Assembly: GCA_002278935.1 (NCBI GenBank)
Contig: NCJL01000002.1
Location: forward strand, 272,267 to 336,266
Direction: 5' to 3'
Length of the DNA stretch: 64,000 bases
DNA from: Gallionellales bacterium 39-52-133
GTDB taxonomy: Bacteria > Pseudomonadota > Gammaproteobacteria > Burkholderiales > Gallionellaceae
In this document: in pieces, positions 8,338 to 20,184 of the stretch
Numbering within the stretch: position 1 is the first letter of the stretch
Layout: the number at the start of each line of letters is the position of its first letter
The notes under the pieces: model-generated
Seen by the model: the letters and a program-made list of their open reading frames with translations, nothing else
What the model was told of the DNA's origin: nothing
The model's database searches: none
Position numbers and translations under genes: made by a program

Positions 8338-8709
8338 CTAGGGGTGACGGCGCTGATCAGGCTTTGATTTTCGATCAAAGACTATCATCGCCAGCACGGA
8401 AGAAAAAATACTGTAGAGCAACGCGCCTAAGACGCCGTACCAGAAACCGCTCACCTCAAAACCCTTCAGCACCGTGCCGGCAAACCAGAACAGCAGACCG
8501 TTGATCACAAGGATAAACAAACCCAGCGTGATGACGGTGACCGGCAGCGTGAGGAAAATCAGCAGCGGACGCAGCAGCATATTGATCAGGCCAAGGATCA
8601 GCGCGGCAACCAAGGCGCCCGTGAAGCCATCGACGTGAATGCCGGGCAACACATAGGCCACTGTCAGCAGTGCCAATGAGTTAAGGAACCAGATCAATAG
8701 TAGTTGCAT
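8338..8709 (-). CDS. Small four-TM membrane protein, DUF360 ('phage holin family 4'-type)
   Basis: 123 aa, almost entirely hydrophobic helices. It sits between ahcY and metF on the same strand with short gaps. Confidence 0.7.
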   Translation of the reverse strand: MQLLLIWFLNSLALLTVAYVLPGIHVDGFTGALVAALILGLINMLLRPLLIFLTLPVTVITLGLFILVINGLLFWFAGTVLKGFEVSGFWYGVLGALLYSIFSSVLAMIVFDRKSKPDQRRHP

Positions 8710-8801
8710 ATACAGTATCCCGAAATAATTGTGCGTACCAAGACAGAAGGGGCGGAATGAATCCGCCCCTGAACATGGTACGACTTACAAAACGTTATAT
8801 C

Positions 8802-10214
<1,413 letters not shown>

Positions 10215-10237
10215 TTTGATACTCCATTCATAGATAT

Positions 10238-10322
10238 GAATGGGCGCGGTTGCTACGATGAAGCTACCGTTCCGAGCCTGACAAGCTAACTTGCGTTAGC
10301 CGCTGCAGCGCCCCTCGGTTGG
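10238..10322 (-). promoter_or_regulatory. SAH riboswitch in the ahcY leader
   Basis: The minus-strand RNA reads CCGAGGGGCGCUGCAGC...GUCAGGCUCGGAAC-GGUAGCU..AGCAACC-GCGCCCAU. CCGAG/CUCGG form a helix, and GGGCGC/GCGCCC form the pseudoknot characteristic of the SAH element. It lies ~25 nt upstream of the ahcY ATG. Confidence 0.75.
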
Positions 10323-10408
10323 TAGTAAAAACTACAAATACTAGCCAGAGCGTGAGTGTTGGGGCTTTAGCCCCTTACAACTACGGCCTACCCTTTACGG
10401 GTGCAGAG

Positions 10409-10468
10409 ATCACAGAGCACACAGAGAGGGAAGTGTCTTTTCTCTGTGGTCTCTGTGTGCTCTGTGGC
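10409..10468. repeat. Palindromic element / probable metK terminator hairpin
   Basis: CACAGAGCACACAGAGA (10411-) pairs with TCTCTGTGTGCTCTGTG (-10466), directly downstream of the metK stop at 10477. Confidence 0.55.
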
Positions 10469-10476
10469 AAAGGCTT

Positions 10477-11640
10477 TTAAAGTCCGGCGTCAGCGCGCAA
10501 GGCTGCGGCCTTGTCTGTTGCTTCCCAAGTAAAGCCAGGCTCTTCGCGGCCGAAGTGGCCGTAGGCTGCCGTATTCAGGTAAATTGGACGCAGCAGATCA
10601 AGCATGTTCACAATACCTTTTGGACGCAGGTCGAAATGCTTGCGTACCAGTTCGGAAATCTTGTCATCAGAAATCTTGCCTGTGCCGTAAGTGGTCACCC
10701 ACACGCTGGTAGGCTCGGCCACGCCGATCGCATAGGAAATCTGGATCAGGCATTTTGTTGCCAGACCGGCAGCCACGATGTTCTTGGCAACATAACGGCC
10801 GGCGTAAGCAGCAGAACGGTCCACCTTGGAGGGGTCTTTGCCGGAGAACGCGCCGCCGCCGTGAGGGGCTGCACCGCCGTAGGTATCGACAATAATCTTG
10901 CGGCCCGTCAGGCCGCAATCGCCCTGCGGGCCGCCGATCACAAAACGACCCGTTGGGTTCACCAGAAATTTGATATTGCCCTTGATCAGCTCTTTAGGCA
11001 AAACCGGCTTGATGATTTCTTCAATCGCGGCTTCGCGGATGGCTTCCAGTGTCATTTCCGGCGCGTGCTGGGTGGAGAGCACAACGGTGTCAATGGAATG
11101 TGCCTTGCCGTCAACATACTTGATCGTTACCTGTGATTTTGCATCCGGACGCAGCCAGTTAAGGCGGCCATCGCGGCGGAGTTGTGACTGGCGTTCAACG
11201 ATGCGGTGTGCCAGATATATAGGCAGCGGCATCAGCGTGTCGGTTTCATCGCAGGCATAACCGAACATCAGGCCCTGGTCGCCGGCGCCCTGGTTCATGT
11301 TGTCATCGTAGGCTTTGTTTACACCCTGCGCGATATCCGGGCTCTGCTTGTCGTAGGCAACCAGTACTGCGCAGCCTTTGTAGTCGATGCCGAACTCGGT
11401 ATTGTCGTAACCGATGCGCTTGATGGTGTCGCGCGCGACATGGATGTAGTCGACATTGGCAGTGGTGGTGATTTCGCCGGCGAGAACGACGAGTCCGGTA
11501 TTAACCAATGTCTCCGCCGCTATCCGCGCATGGGGGTCTTGCGCTAGAATAGCGTCAACAATGGCGTCGGAAATTTGATCTGCAACCTTGTCCGGATGAC
11601 CTTCAGATACGGATTCAGAGGTAAAAAAGTACTCGCTCAT
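10477..11640 (-). CDS. metK: S-adenosylmethionine synthase
   Basis: From the ATG at 11640 the protein reads [25 protein letters not shown], the canonical MetK N-terminus (387 aa). The longer ORF reaching 12180 overlaps the divergent acyltransferase gene and is an artefact. Confidence 0.95.
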   Translation of the reverse strand: MSEYFFTSESVSEGHPDKVADQISDAIVDAILAQDPHARIAAETLVNTGLVVLAGEITTTANVDYIHVARDTIKRIGYDNTEFGIDYKGCAVLVAYDKQSPDIAQGVNKAYDDNMNQGAGDQGLMFGYACDETDTLMPLPIYLAHRIVERQSQLRRDGRLNWLRPDAKSQVTIKYVDGKAHSIDTVVLSTQHAPEMTLEAIREAAIEEIIKPVLPKELIKGNIKFLVNPTGRFVIGGPQGDCGLTGRKIIVDTYGGAAPHGGGAFSGKDPSKVDRSAAYAGRYVAKNIVAAGLATKCLIQISYAIGVAEPTSVWVTTYGTGKISDDKISELVRKHFDLRPKGIVNMLDLLRPIYLNTAAYGHFGREEPGFTWEATDKAAALRADAGL

Positions 11641-11706
11641 GTCGCTCAGCCCACTTATAAAATAGAAAAAGTCGCGCATTATAACAAAATCCTTAGTAAT
11701 TCTCCT

Positions 11707-12582
11707 ATGAGCTCTCGTTTTGTCGTCTGGTTGATTGATTTGATGGCCCGCCTGCCCCTGAGCGTGTTGCATGCGCTGGGTAGCTTGCTGGGATGGACTA
11801 TTTTTCTGTTGTCGGGCAGTTATGCGGCGCGCATGCGCGAAAACCTGGGAAATTACAATGCGGGCAGGCATCCGTCCGAGTTTCGCAATGTGTTGCAGAC
11901 CAGCGTGGCAGAGGCGGGCAAGAGCTTTACAGAGCTGCCCTGGGTATGGCGTCGCCCGGTGACAGAAGTGCTGTCCAGGGTGCAACATTGTTACGGACGC
12001 GAGTTTTTCGATGCGGCCTGCCAAAACAGCAAGGGCATGATCATCTTGACCCCCCATCTGGGTTGTTTTGAAATAATAGGCCTGTACGTGGCCGCGGAAA
12101 TACCCATGACGTGCATGTATTCCACGCCGAAACGGGTATGGATGGATGAGGTGATACGCGGTGGCAGGCAGCGCGGGCAAATGAAACTGGCCCGCGCCGA
12201 CATAGGCGGTGTGCGCACCCTGATCAAGGCATTGAAACGCGGCGAGGCGATCGGCGTGTTGCCGGATCAGGTGCCGGCAAACGGCGAGGGCGAATGGGCA
12301 GATTTTTTCGGGCGTCCTGCGTATACCATGACGCTGGCCGGGCGCTTGCTTGAATCAAGCGGTGCCAGTGTGCTGTTGTCCTATGTGGTACGCAGGCCGC
12401 GTGGCGAAGGCTATGACATCCACTTCGCTCCGCTGCAGCTAAGCGAGGGTACGCCGGTCACGCGCCAGATTAATCTCGCACTGGAAAAAATCATACGCAC
12501 CACGCCCGCACAATATTTGTGGAGTTATAACCGTTACAAAGCCCCGCCTGGCTCGCTGCCAGCGGCAGAATCCAGGGAGTAA
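11707..12582 (+). CDS. Lipid A biosynthesis late acyltransferase (LpxL/HtrB family), copy 1
   Basis: 291 aa from the ATG at 11707. N-terminal membrane anchor, HLGCFE (HX4E-type) acyltransferase motif and a C-terminal [10 protein letters not shown] motif. Confidence 0.8.
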   Translation: MSSRFVVWLIDLMARLPLSVLHALGSLLGWTIFLLSGSYAARMRENLGNYNAGRHPSEFRNVLQTSVAEAGKSFTELPWVWRRPVTEVLSRVQHCYGREFFDAACQNSKGMIILTPHLGCFEIIGLYVAAEIPMTCMYSTPKRVWMDEVIRGGRQRGQMKLARADIGGVRTLIKALKRGEAIGVLPDQVPANGEGEWADFFGRPAYTMTLAGRLLESSGASVLLSYVVRRPRGEGYDIHFAPLQLSEGTPVTRQINLALEKIIRTTPAQYLWSYNRYKAPPGSLPAAESRE

Positions 12583-12584
12583 GC

Positions 12585-13460
12585 ATGTTGCTAAGGTTGG
12601 GTGTTTTTATTTTGTGGCTGATCCATTTTTTACCTTTCCGCGTGATTGTGTGGATGGGTAATGGCCTGGGTGTGTTGCTGCATGCGGTGGGTAAAGAGCG
12701 TCGCCTGGTGGCGAATATCAATCTGCAAAAGTGTTTTCCCCGCATGAACGACGAACAGCGCGCCCAGCTGGTGCGCGATCACTTCAAGATGTTTGGCCGC
12801 GGCCTGCTTGAGCGCACCATCCTGTGGTGGGGCAGTGCTGCGCGCATTAACAGCCTGATCCGCGTGGAGGGCGTGGAGCATTTTGACGCGATCAAGGACA
12901 AGCCTTCCATCCTGCTGACGCCGCATTTTGTCGGCATGGATGTTGGAGGCCAGTGGATTGCGCAGCATACCGACACGGTGTGCATGTATGCGAACCAGAA
13001 AAATATGTATTTGACCGACCTGCTGCTGAAAAAACGCGCGCGCTTTCGCAAGCAGTTGCTCTATTCACGCCAGCAAGGTTTGCGTCCCATACTCAAGGGT
13101 ATGCGTGCAGGCATGCCCTTTATTTATCCGCCGGATCAGGATCAGGGTGTAAAGGATGGCGCTTTTATTCCCTTTTTCGGCGTACCCACCGCTACCATGA
13201 CTTCTGTGCCGCGCCTCGCGCAGACGGCAGGCGCGAAGGTTGTGCCCAGCATCACGCGAGTGTTGCCGGGTGCGGCGGGTTATGTGCTGACTTTTTATCC
13301 GGCCTGGGATAACTACCCAACCGGCGATGACATTGCGGATGCCCGCCGCATGAACGAGTTTATCGAGCAGCGCATACTGGAAATGCCGGAGCAATATTTC
13401 TGGCTGCATAAACGCTTCAAGACCCGGCCAGAGGGCGAGGCGAGTTTTTATCCGGAATAA
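12585..13460 (+). CDS. Lipid A biosynthesis late acyltransferase (LpxL/LpxM family), copy 2
   Basis: 291 aa, paralogous to the preceding gene, with HFVGMD and QYFWLHKRFK motifs. Confidence 0.8.
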   Translation: MLLRLGVFILWLIHFLPFRVIVWMGNGLGVLLHAVGKERRLVANINLQKCFPRMNDEQRAQLVRDHFKMFGRGLLERTILWWGSAARINSLIRVEGVEHFDAIKDKPSILLTPHFVGMDVGGQWIAQHTDTVCMYANQKNMYLTDLLLKKRARFRKQLLYSRQQGLRPILKGMRAGMPFIYPPDQDQGVKDGAFIPFFGVPTATMTSVPRLAQTAGAKVVPSITRVLPGAAGYVLTFYPAWDNYPTGDDIADARRMNEFIEQRILEMPEQYFWLHKRFKTRPEGEASFYPE

Positions 13461-13473
13461 GAAAAAGCATTCG

Positions 13474-13577
13474 TCCACAGATTTCACAGATTAATATAAC
13501 AAATACTGCGATCAATACTTGGAGAATAGTTCTTCTATTAGAGTCTGAGCAGGTTTTGAATCTGTGAAATCTGTGGA
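13474..13577. repeat. 104-bp inverted-repeat element with perfect 19-nt termini TCCACAGATTTCACAGATT
   Basis: Left arm 13474-13492 and right arm 13559-13577 (exact reverse complement), separated by a 66-nt AT-rich spacer. Confidence 0.7.
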
Positions 13578-13608
13578 TGATGCATTTCAAATACATGAGG
13601 ATTACACC

Positions 13609-15072
13609 GTGAAATATAACGACCTGCGCGACTTCATCGCGCAACTGGAAAAAGTCGGTGAATTGAAACGCATCTCCGTGCCGGTATCCACTCATCTGGA
13701 AATGACAGAAATATGTGACCGTGTGCTGCGTGCGCAGGGCCCGGCCTTGCTGTTTGAAAATGTCGCTGGCCATACCATTCCTGTGCTCGCCAACCTGTTC
13801 GGCACGCCGCGTCGCGTGGCGCTGGGCATGGGCGAGGAAAGTACGCAGGCGCTGCGTGAAGTGGGCAAGCTGCTGGCGTATCTGAAAGAACCGGAGCCGC
13901 CCAAAGGTCTGAAAGACGCGTGGGACAAATGGCCGGTGCTGAAGCAGGTACTAAATATGTCCCCCAAGGTGGTATCAAGTGCGCCCTGCCAGGAGATCGT
14001 GTGGGAAGGGTCAGATGTTGATTTAAATCGTCTGCCGATACAGCACTGCTGGCCGGGTGACGTTGCACCCTTGATTACCTGGGGCCTGGTGGTCACGCGC
14101 GGGCCGAACAAGCCGCGGCAGAATCTGGGCATTTACCGCCAGCAGGTGATCGCGCCCAACAAGGTGATCATGCGCTGGCTGGCGCATCGCGGCGGCGCGC
14201 TGGATTATCAGGAATTTATCAAGCTGAATCCCGGCAAGCCGTATCCGCTTGCAGTGGTGATAGGTGCCGACCCCGCCACTATTCTGGGGGCGGTAACGCC
14301 GGTGCCGGACTCTTTATCTGAATATCAGTTTGCCGGTTTATTGCGCGGCGCAAAAACTGAACTGGTGAAGTGCATGGGCAGCGATCTGCAAGTGCCTGCC
14401 TCGGCCGAGATTGTGCTGGAGGGTGTTATTCATCCCGGTGAGACGGCGCTGGAAGGCCCCTACGGTGACCACACCGGTTATTACAATGAACAGGAAACCT
14501 TTCCGGTATTCACCATTGAACGCATCACCATGCGGCGCGATCCCATTTATCACTCCACCTATACCGGCAAGCCGCCGGATGAGCCGGCCATGCTGGGCGT
14601 GGCGCTGAATGAAGTGTTTGTGCCCCTGCTGCAAAAGCAGTTTCCGGAAATTGCAGATTTCTATTTGCCGCCGGAAGGCTGCTCTTACCGCATGGCGGTG
14701 GTGTCCATGAAGAAGCAGTATCCGGGTCATGCCAAGCGCGTGATGTTTGGTATCTGGTCTTATCTGCGCCAGTTTATGTATACCAAGTTTATTATTGTGG
14801 TGGACGATGATATTGATGTGCGTTCGTGGCCCGAGGTGATGTGGGCGATTACAACCAGAGTTGATCCTTCGCGCGACACGCTTTTAGTGGATAACACGCC
14901 GATTGACTATCTGGATTTCGCCAGCCCGGTTTCAGGTCTGGGCAGCAAGATGGGCCTGGACGCGACTAATAAATGGGCGGGTGAAACCCAGCGGGAATGG
15001 GGTACGCCAATTGTGATGGATGAAACAGTCAAACGGCGCGTGGACCAGATGTGGGAGAGTCTGGGCTTGTGA
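13609..15072 (+). CDS. ubiD: 4-hydroxy-3-polyprenylbenzoate decarboxylase
   Basis: From the GTG at 13609 the protein starts (M)[14 protein letters not shown], the canonical UbiD N-terminus, with GAGGA 9 nt upstream. The track start at 13564 lies inside the repeat arm. Confidence 0.9.
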   Translation: MKYNDLRDFIAQLEKVGELKRISVPVSTHLEMTEICDRVLRAQGPALLFENVAGHTIPVLANLFGTPRRVALGMGEESTQALREVGKLLAYLKEPEPPKGLKDAWDKWPVLKQVLNMSPKVVSSAPCQEIVWEGSDVDLNRLPIQHCWPGDVAPLITWGLVVTRGPNKPRQNLGIYRQQVIAPNKVIMRWLAHRGGALDYQEFIKLNPGKPYPLAVVIGADPATILGAVTPVPDSLSEYQFAGLLRGAKTELVKCMGSDLQVPASAEIVLEGVIHPGETALEGPYGDHTGYYNEQETFPVFTIERITMRRDPIYHSTYTGKPPDEPAMLGVALNEVFVPLLQKQFPEIADFYLPPEGCSYRMAVVSMKKQYPGHAKRVMFGIWSYLRQFMYTKFIIVVDDDIDVRSWPEVMWAITTRVDPSRDTLLVDNTPIDYLDFASPVSGLGSKMGLDATNKWAGETQREWGTPIVMDETVKRRVDQMWESLGL

Positions 15073-15258
15073 TTGCTTGCGCGTTAAAGTGCTTTGTTTT
15101 GTCGCAATAATGATACGCTGGTATTGATTTTAATCATTGTAGTGTAGAATCCAACAATAATTTCGTGCCGTGGATTATCCCGGGTGAAGTTAGTATTTAT
15201 GTGTAACTTATTGATTCCATTCAATATTTTGTTTAATATTAAATTTCTGGAGTAAAAA

Positions 15259-15780
15259 ATGAAGAAAATTGCATTGGCAGGCGCAACAATTGCATTGGCG
15301 ATGGCAGCAAGCAGTGCTTACGCTGCGAACAGTCTGAACGCAGGAACAATCGGTCTGCATATCCCGGTTATTACATCAACATCAACAACCAATACCAATA
15401 TCAATAGCCCAATAATCAGCGGTAGCTACTTTATTGCGCGGGATATGGCTGTGCTCGGCGGCTTTGGTTTTAGTTCCGGTGGTCCCAGCGGCAATTCAAC
15501 GACTACTTTTGCCCTGATGGGCGGCGTGAGAAAGTATATGAAGGTTGATGATTTTGCGCCATTTGCAGGTGCTTTCGTGAAATATGAATCAACCAGCTCG
15601 AGTCCTACTGCAACAGCAATGACCATTGCAGCTGAAGGCGGTGCAGAGTACTTCCTCGCCAAGCAATTCAGCGTTGAAGGCAAGGTTATTTTTGGTTACC
15701 AGTCTGTTGAAAGTGCGGGTACAAAATCAACTTATTTTGGCTCTACTACCGCCAATCTGGGCTTGAACTTCTATTTTTAA
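15259..15780 (+). CDS. Small outer-membrane beta-barrel protein
   Basis: Signal peptide ending AYA, alternating Gly/aromatic strands, C-terminal LGLNFYF. 173 aa. Confidence 0.65.
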   Translation: MKKIALAGATIALAMAASSAYAANSLNAGTIGLHIPVITSTSTTNTNINSPIISGSYFIARDMAVLGGFGFSSGGPSGNSTTTFALMGGVRKYMKVDDFAPFAGAFVKYESTSSSPTATAMTIAAEGGAEYFLAKQFSVEGKVIFGYQSVESAGTKSTYFGSTTANLGLNFYF

Positions 15781-15846
15781 CGGAAGTTAATTTGCCTGTT
15801 TGGCATGCCGGGCGCAATTCGGCATGACAGGGAAAAATGAACTGAC

Positions 15847-15886
15847 AAAAAGAAGCCGGGATTAAAAACCCGGCTTCTTTTTTTTT
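15847..15886 (+). terminator. Rho-independent terminator
   Basis: GAAGCCGGG-loop-CCCGGCTTC followed by a T9 run, with an A-run upstream (possibly bidirectional). Confidence 0.7.
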
Positions 15887-15922
15887 CAGTGGACAGGCAA
15901 AACAGCTAAAAAAACAGTTCAA

Positions 15923-16031
15923 TCCACAGATTACACAGATTTACACAGATTTTTATGCAGTGATCAGTGATGTCAGTATCACACAAAGGGTGTTTATGCT
16001 AAGTAAGGCAATTCTTTGTTTAATCTGTGGA
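15923..16031. repeat. 109-bp element of the same TCCACAGAT...ATCTGTGGA family
   Basis: TCCACAGATTACACAGATTTACACAGATTT at 15923-15952 and AATCTGTGGA at 16022-16031. Confidence 0.6.
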
Positions 16032-16090
16032 CAACTGCGTTTACCGGGGATAAATGCACCACTCGCTCCATCCAGCTACAGCTTCAAGGT

Positions 16091-17575
16091 TTAATGCGTT
16101 TGTTCCAGCCACTCGATCAGTTCGTCCTGAGCCTGATTTCCCATTGACGCATTTGGATGATTAATGATGAAAACCAGTATCCACTGCTTGCCGCTGCTTG
16201 ATTGCAGATAGCCTGCAATGGACTTTACGCCTTCGAGTGAGCCGGTCTTTAGATGTGCATGGGCCGTGACGGTGCAGTTGTCATGGCGTTTTTTCATGGT
16301 GCCATCCACACCAACGATCGGTAAAGAAGCCTCAATTTCGGCTGAAAAAGGGCTAAGCTGAATATCCTGCAACAGCAGGGAGAGGTTGTACGGACTGAGA
16401 CGTTCCTTGCGCGATAATCCGGCACCGTTTTCCAGCACCAATTCGGGAAAATCAAAACCTTTTTGCGCAATCCAGTTACGCAAAACGATTTCGCTGCGCT
16501 CGACACTGGCAGGTGTTGCGGAAATACCGGGCAACAAAAGATCCGCTTGCATGCTGCCTGAGGGCGTATTGATCAAGGGTATCTCCTTGTTCAGGCTGAG
16601 GCTGAGCAGAAGTTGCCGCGCCATCACATTGTTGCTGAATTTATTGATGTCCCGAATAATTTCGCTGAGCGGTTGCGAATAGTGCGTGGAAAGCAACATG
16701 GCGGAAGCAGGCGTTATGCCATCACGGGTAGCGCCGCGCACAGTGCCGCCCATTTCCTGCCACAGCGAGCGAAACACTGCGTCAAAATAGCGTGCATGCG
16801 ACAGCAGGTTGACGGGTTTATCGCGTTCACCGCAGGCAGAAAGGTAAGTTCCCTGCAGGCGGATGACATCGCCCACCAATTGCACGCCGATATTGCCGTC
16901 CCAGTTGGCGCAGAAATTCTGTTTTTTTAGCGTGAGACGGTTATCGATGGTAATGCCCGCCAGGCTCGGCTCGGTAAACACGTTTACGGTGCCATTGCCC
17001 GGTACGAAGCGCAGCCTGATGGCATTGAAGTTCAGCAGCAATGCATCGGGCACCACGTTGTAAGCTCGTCCCGGATCATTGTCAAACGCGGCAGGGTCAG
17101 CCTCCTGTGTGGCAAAGACGCTGCGATCCAGTATCAGGTCGCCGTGTATTTCGCGCAAGCCGCGATTACGCAACTCGCGCAGCCACAGCCACAGATGTTC
17201 GGAGTTAATTTTCGGGTTGCCATAACCCTTGATAATCAGATTTCCCCTGAGTATCCCGTTCTCCAACTGGCCGTCCACATAGGCTTCGGTCTTCCAGGTA
17301 TAGGCCGGCCCGAGCATCTCCAGCGCTGCGTAGGTCGTCAGCAGCTTCATGGTGGAAGCCGGGTTCATCGATTGCTTTGCATTGACCTGGATCAGCGGAG
17401 CGGGCGCATGTATTTCGCGTACCACGATGCCCACGCTGCCAAGCGGAATGCGCGCCTTGCGCAGCGCGTCGATAACGGAAGCCGGCAGGTCTTCGGCCTG
17501 CGCTGAAGTGAAAGTGAGCAAGGCTGCAAGCAGCGCGCAGCCCGCTTTAATGATGAGGCTATTGATTGTGCTCAT
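16091..17575 (-). CDS. dacB: D-alanyl-D-alanine carboxypeptidase/endopeptidase (PBP4)
   Basis: Signal peptide, active-site STMK (SxxK), and a length and domain insertion typical of PBP4. Confidence 0.85.
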   Translation of the reverse strand: MSTINSLIIKAGCALLAALLTFTSAQAEDLPASVIDALRKARIPLGSVGIVVREIHAPAPLIQVNAKQSMNPASTMKLLTTYAALEMLGPAYTWKTEAYVDGQLENGILRGNLIIKGYGNPKINSEHLWLWLRELRNRGLREIHGDLILDRSVFATQEADPAAFDNDPGRAYNVVPDALLLNFNAIRLRFVPGNGTVNVFTEPSLAGITIDNRLTLKKQNFCANWDGNIGVQLVGDVIRLQGTYLSACGERDKPVNLLSHARYFDAVFRSLWQEMGGTVRGATRDGITPASAMLLSTHYSQPLSEIIRDINKFSNNVMARQLLLSLSLNKEIPLINTPSGSMQADLLLPGISATPASVERSEIVLRNWIAQKGFDFPELVLENGAGLSRKERLSPYNLSLLLQDIQLSPFSAEIEASLPIVGVDGTMKKRHDNCTVTAHAHLKTGSLEGVKSIAGYLQSSSGKQWILVFIINHPNASMGNQAQDELIEWLEQTH

Positions 17576-18885
17576 GTCAGTTGCACTATCACCAATAAAG
17601 TTCGCGCGACCAGCAGATCCATTTCCGCATCGCTGATCACATAGGGTGGCATGAAGTAGACCGTATTGCCCATCGGACGCAGCAGAATTTCATGTTGCAG
17701 TGCAAGCGTGAAGCAGCGCTGGGCAAAGTCGGCATGGGGGCTGTCCACTTCAAAAGCCCAGATCATGCCGCGATTGCGGAAATGTTTCACTTTCGGGTGC
17801 TCGCGCAAGGGAGATGCAATGCTATTGAGATAGGCTGCCTTTATGCGATTGGTGTTGATCACATCGTCGCTTGAAAAAATTTCCAGGGTGGCCAGCGCGG
17901 CACGACAGGCGAGCGGATTGCCGGTATAGGAATGTGAATGCAGGAAGCCGCGCGCTGTTTCATCGGCATAAAATGCGCGGTAAATTTTATCTGTTGTCAT
18001 TACCACCGATAGCGGTAAATAGCCGCCGGTGATGCCTTTGGACAAACACAGAAAATCTGGCGTAATTTCACCCTGTTCACAGGCAAACATGGTGCCTGTC
18101 CGCCCCATGCCCACGGCTATTTCGTCCGCAATCAGATGCACGCCATATTGCTCGCACAGATCGCACGCGCGGCTTAAATACACCGGATGATACATGGCCA
18201 TGCCGGCGGCACCCTGTACCAGTGGCTCAATAATAAACGCGGCCAGCTGCTGATGGTGTTGCTGCAGGTAAGTCTCAAGCTGATCGGCGCAGCGCAGTGC
18301 GTAATCGTGCGCGCTTTCACCGGGTGCAGCATCGCGACTGTCAGGATTTACTACAGTGGCATTTTGTTTTGTCAGGTCTGCATAGGCATCCCTGAACAGG
18401 GCGACATCGGTTACCGACAATGCGCCCAGGGTTTCGCCGTGGTAACTGTTTTGCAAACTGATGAATTTTGATTTTTCCGGCTTGCCGCTGTTGCGCCAGA
18501 AGTGCGCGCTCATCTTTAATGCAATCTCGACCGCAGAGGCGCCATCCGATGCATAGAAGCAATGTCCCAGACCTTCAGGGGCCAGTTGTGCCAGTCGTTC
18601 GGACAACTGCACCACCGGCTCATGCGTAAAGCCCGCCAGCATCACATGTTCCAGTTTGCCCAGCTGGTCGGAGATTGCCGCATTAATCCGCGGATTGCTG
18701 TGCCCGAACAGATTTACCCACCATGAACTCACCGCGTCCAGATAACGCTTGCCGTCGGGATCATAGAGCCACACGCCGCTGCCGCGTGCGATCGGCACCA
18801 GCGACAAAGTTTCGTGGCGCTTCATCTGCGTGCAGGGGTGCCACACTGCGGCAAGTGAACGGTTGAGCAGGTCGTTGTTATGCAT
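17572..18885 (-). CDS. bioA: Adenosylmethionine-8-amino-7-oxononanoate aminotransferase
   Basis: 437 aa class-III aminotransferase. N-terminus AVWHPCTQMK and the motifs DEIAVGMGRTG and LSKGITGGYLP are typical of BioA. Confidence 0.9.
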   Translation of the reverse strand: MHNNDLLNRSLAAVWHPCTQMKRHETLSLVPIARGSGVWLYDPDGKRYLDAVSSWWVNLFGHSNPRINAAISDQLGKLEHVMLAGFTHEPVVQLSERLAQLAPEGLGHCFYASDGASAVEIALKMSAHFWRNSGKPEKSKFISLQNSYHGETLGALSVTDVALFRDAYADLTKQNATVVNPDSRDAAPGESAHDYALRCADQLETYLQQHHQQLAAFIIEPLVQGAAGMAMYHPVYLSRACDLCEQYGVHLIADEIAVGMGRTGTMFACEQGEITPDFLCLSKGITGGYLPLSVVMTTDKIYRAFYADETARGFLHSHSYTGNPLACRAALATLEIFSSDDVINTNRIKAAYLNSIASPLREHPKVKHFRNRGMIWAFEVDSPHADFAQRCFTLALQHEILLRPMGNTVYFMPPYVISDAEMDLLVARTLLVIVQLT

Positions 18886-18902
18886 GCCGTACTTTGCGCT
18901 GA

Positions 18903-20048
18903 TTATTTTTGTGCAGTGAGTGCATTGGGCTTGTTGGCGGACAGCCAGGCTGCGAACGCTGGCTGTGCGTCACTGTTCACGGGAAACTCGATAAAGCTGC
19001 CGGGGTAGCGCGCATGTTTGCCCAGATAGTTAACCAGACGGGTGCCAAATTCCTGCGGATCTACCTGCGGTAACTTTCGCTCACTGAAGCGCAAGGGAAC
19101 CAGATTGATCGATTGCAGGCTGCCGTCCTGGGCGACAGCCACTTCCAGCAGCGCGGAAACAGCGGCAAAGTTTTTTGCGGATAAGCCGCCCACACCCACA
19201 AAATTTCCCAGCGAATAAAGGATAGGACGCTCCTGATAACACTCTGCCGCGCGCAGCACATGCGGGCCGTGGCCTACAACCAGATCGGCACCTGCATCTA
19301 TCATTGCTCGCGAGAAGGCCACGGTATTGCCGCGGTTTTCTCCCATGAATTCTTCATCCTCATCGTCGTGCCAGATGGCAGGCGAACCTTCTGCACCGGC
19401 ATGGAAGGTCACGATGACATAAGCCCCATTGCTCTTTGCGGCACGCACCCGCTCTGCACCTTCGGTGATTTCGTGCAGGGTGTTGAAGCGGCTGTTATAG
19501 GTAAATCCCAGTACGGCAATTTTCAGCCCGCGCACGGTTAACGTGGCGGTTTCATCGCGCACTCCCGCGACCGCGATACCTGCATTCTGCAAATTGTTGC
19601 TGGTGTCTTTAAATCCGGTATCGCCAAAATCATTTGCATGATTGTTGGCGATATTCAGCACCCTGAAGCCTTCCCGGTACAATAATTCCGCATAATGCGG
19701 AGGGGAGCGGAAGGCATATTGCCGGCCCGAGCCGGTCACTTTTGAAGTCTTTGCGTGATTGGTTAATGTGGCTTCAAAATTTCCGATGGCGATGTCGGAT
19801 CTTTGCAAAATATTGCGCACACCCGCAAAGTAGCTGCCCTCCCAGTCTTTGGGAATATGCTCAACGACAAAGCTGTTGCCCAGCACAATATCGCCGCCAA
19901 ATACCATTCGCACCACGTCAGTTGCGTCGGCTGCGGGAATTTTGCTGGTACAGCTCATGGACTGGGCCGATACGGTATGAATATTCAGCAACAGCAAAAA
20001 TAGGAGAGTTGTTGTGTGAGGGGTAAAGCGCGAAAGTATTTTATTCAT
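18903..20048 (-). CDS. CapA family metallophosphatase-like protein (secreted)
   Basis: From the ATG at 20048: signal peptide, then FGGDIVLG...NFE...ANNH...GHGPH motifs of the CapA/PGA_cap family. Confidence 0.8.
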   Translation of the reverse strand: MNKILSRFTPHTTTLLFLLLLNIHTVSAQSMSCTSKIPAADATDVVRMVFGGDIVLGNSFVVEHIPKDWEGSYFAGVRNILQRSDIAIGNFEATLTNHAKTSKVTGSGRQYAFRSPPHYAELLYREGFRVLNIANNHANDFGDTGFKDTSNNLQNAGIAVAGVRDETATLTVRGLKIAVLGFTYNSRFNTLHEITEGAERVRAAKSNGAYVIVTFHAGAEGSPAIWHDDEDEEFMGENRGNTVAFSRAMIDAGADLVVGHGPHVLRAAECYQERPILYSLGNFVGVGGLSAKNFAAVSALLEVAVAQDGSLQSINLVPLRFSERKLPQVDPQEFGTRLVNYLGKHARYPGSFIEFPVNSDAQPAFAAWLSANKPNALTAQK

Positions 20049-20184
20049 TATAATCAATATGTTATATATTTTAATTGGCAAGAGCTAAATGTGCAGCATT
20101 GTTGCCAGGCAAGCGGGTGTTTCATCGATCTTGACAGTATAAGTCAATATGTCATGCGCACTATTAGTAGCTGAAACTGTCTGA

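Noticed and set aside
8338-8709. Holin-family gene as a sign of a prophage remnant
   Set aside because: There are no other phage genes, no integrase and no att-like repeats nearby. The gene sits inside the conserved ahcY-metF unit with native-looking composition.
11641-12180. N-terminal 180-codon extension of the metK ORF (the track gives 567 aa)
   Set aside because: The canonical MetK N-terminus ([18 protein letters not shown]) starts at the ATG at 11640. The extension is Arg/His/Gln-rich with no family resemblance, and it overlaps the divergently transcribed acyltransferase gene.
13564-13608. ubiD start at the GTG at 13564, as in the ORF track
   Set aside because: That codon lies inside the right arm of the 104-bp inverted-repeat element. 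The conserved UbiD N-terminus (KYNDLRDFI) and a GAGGA ribosome-binding site support the GTG at 13609.
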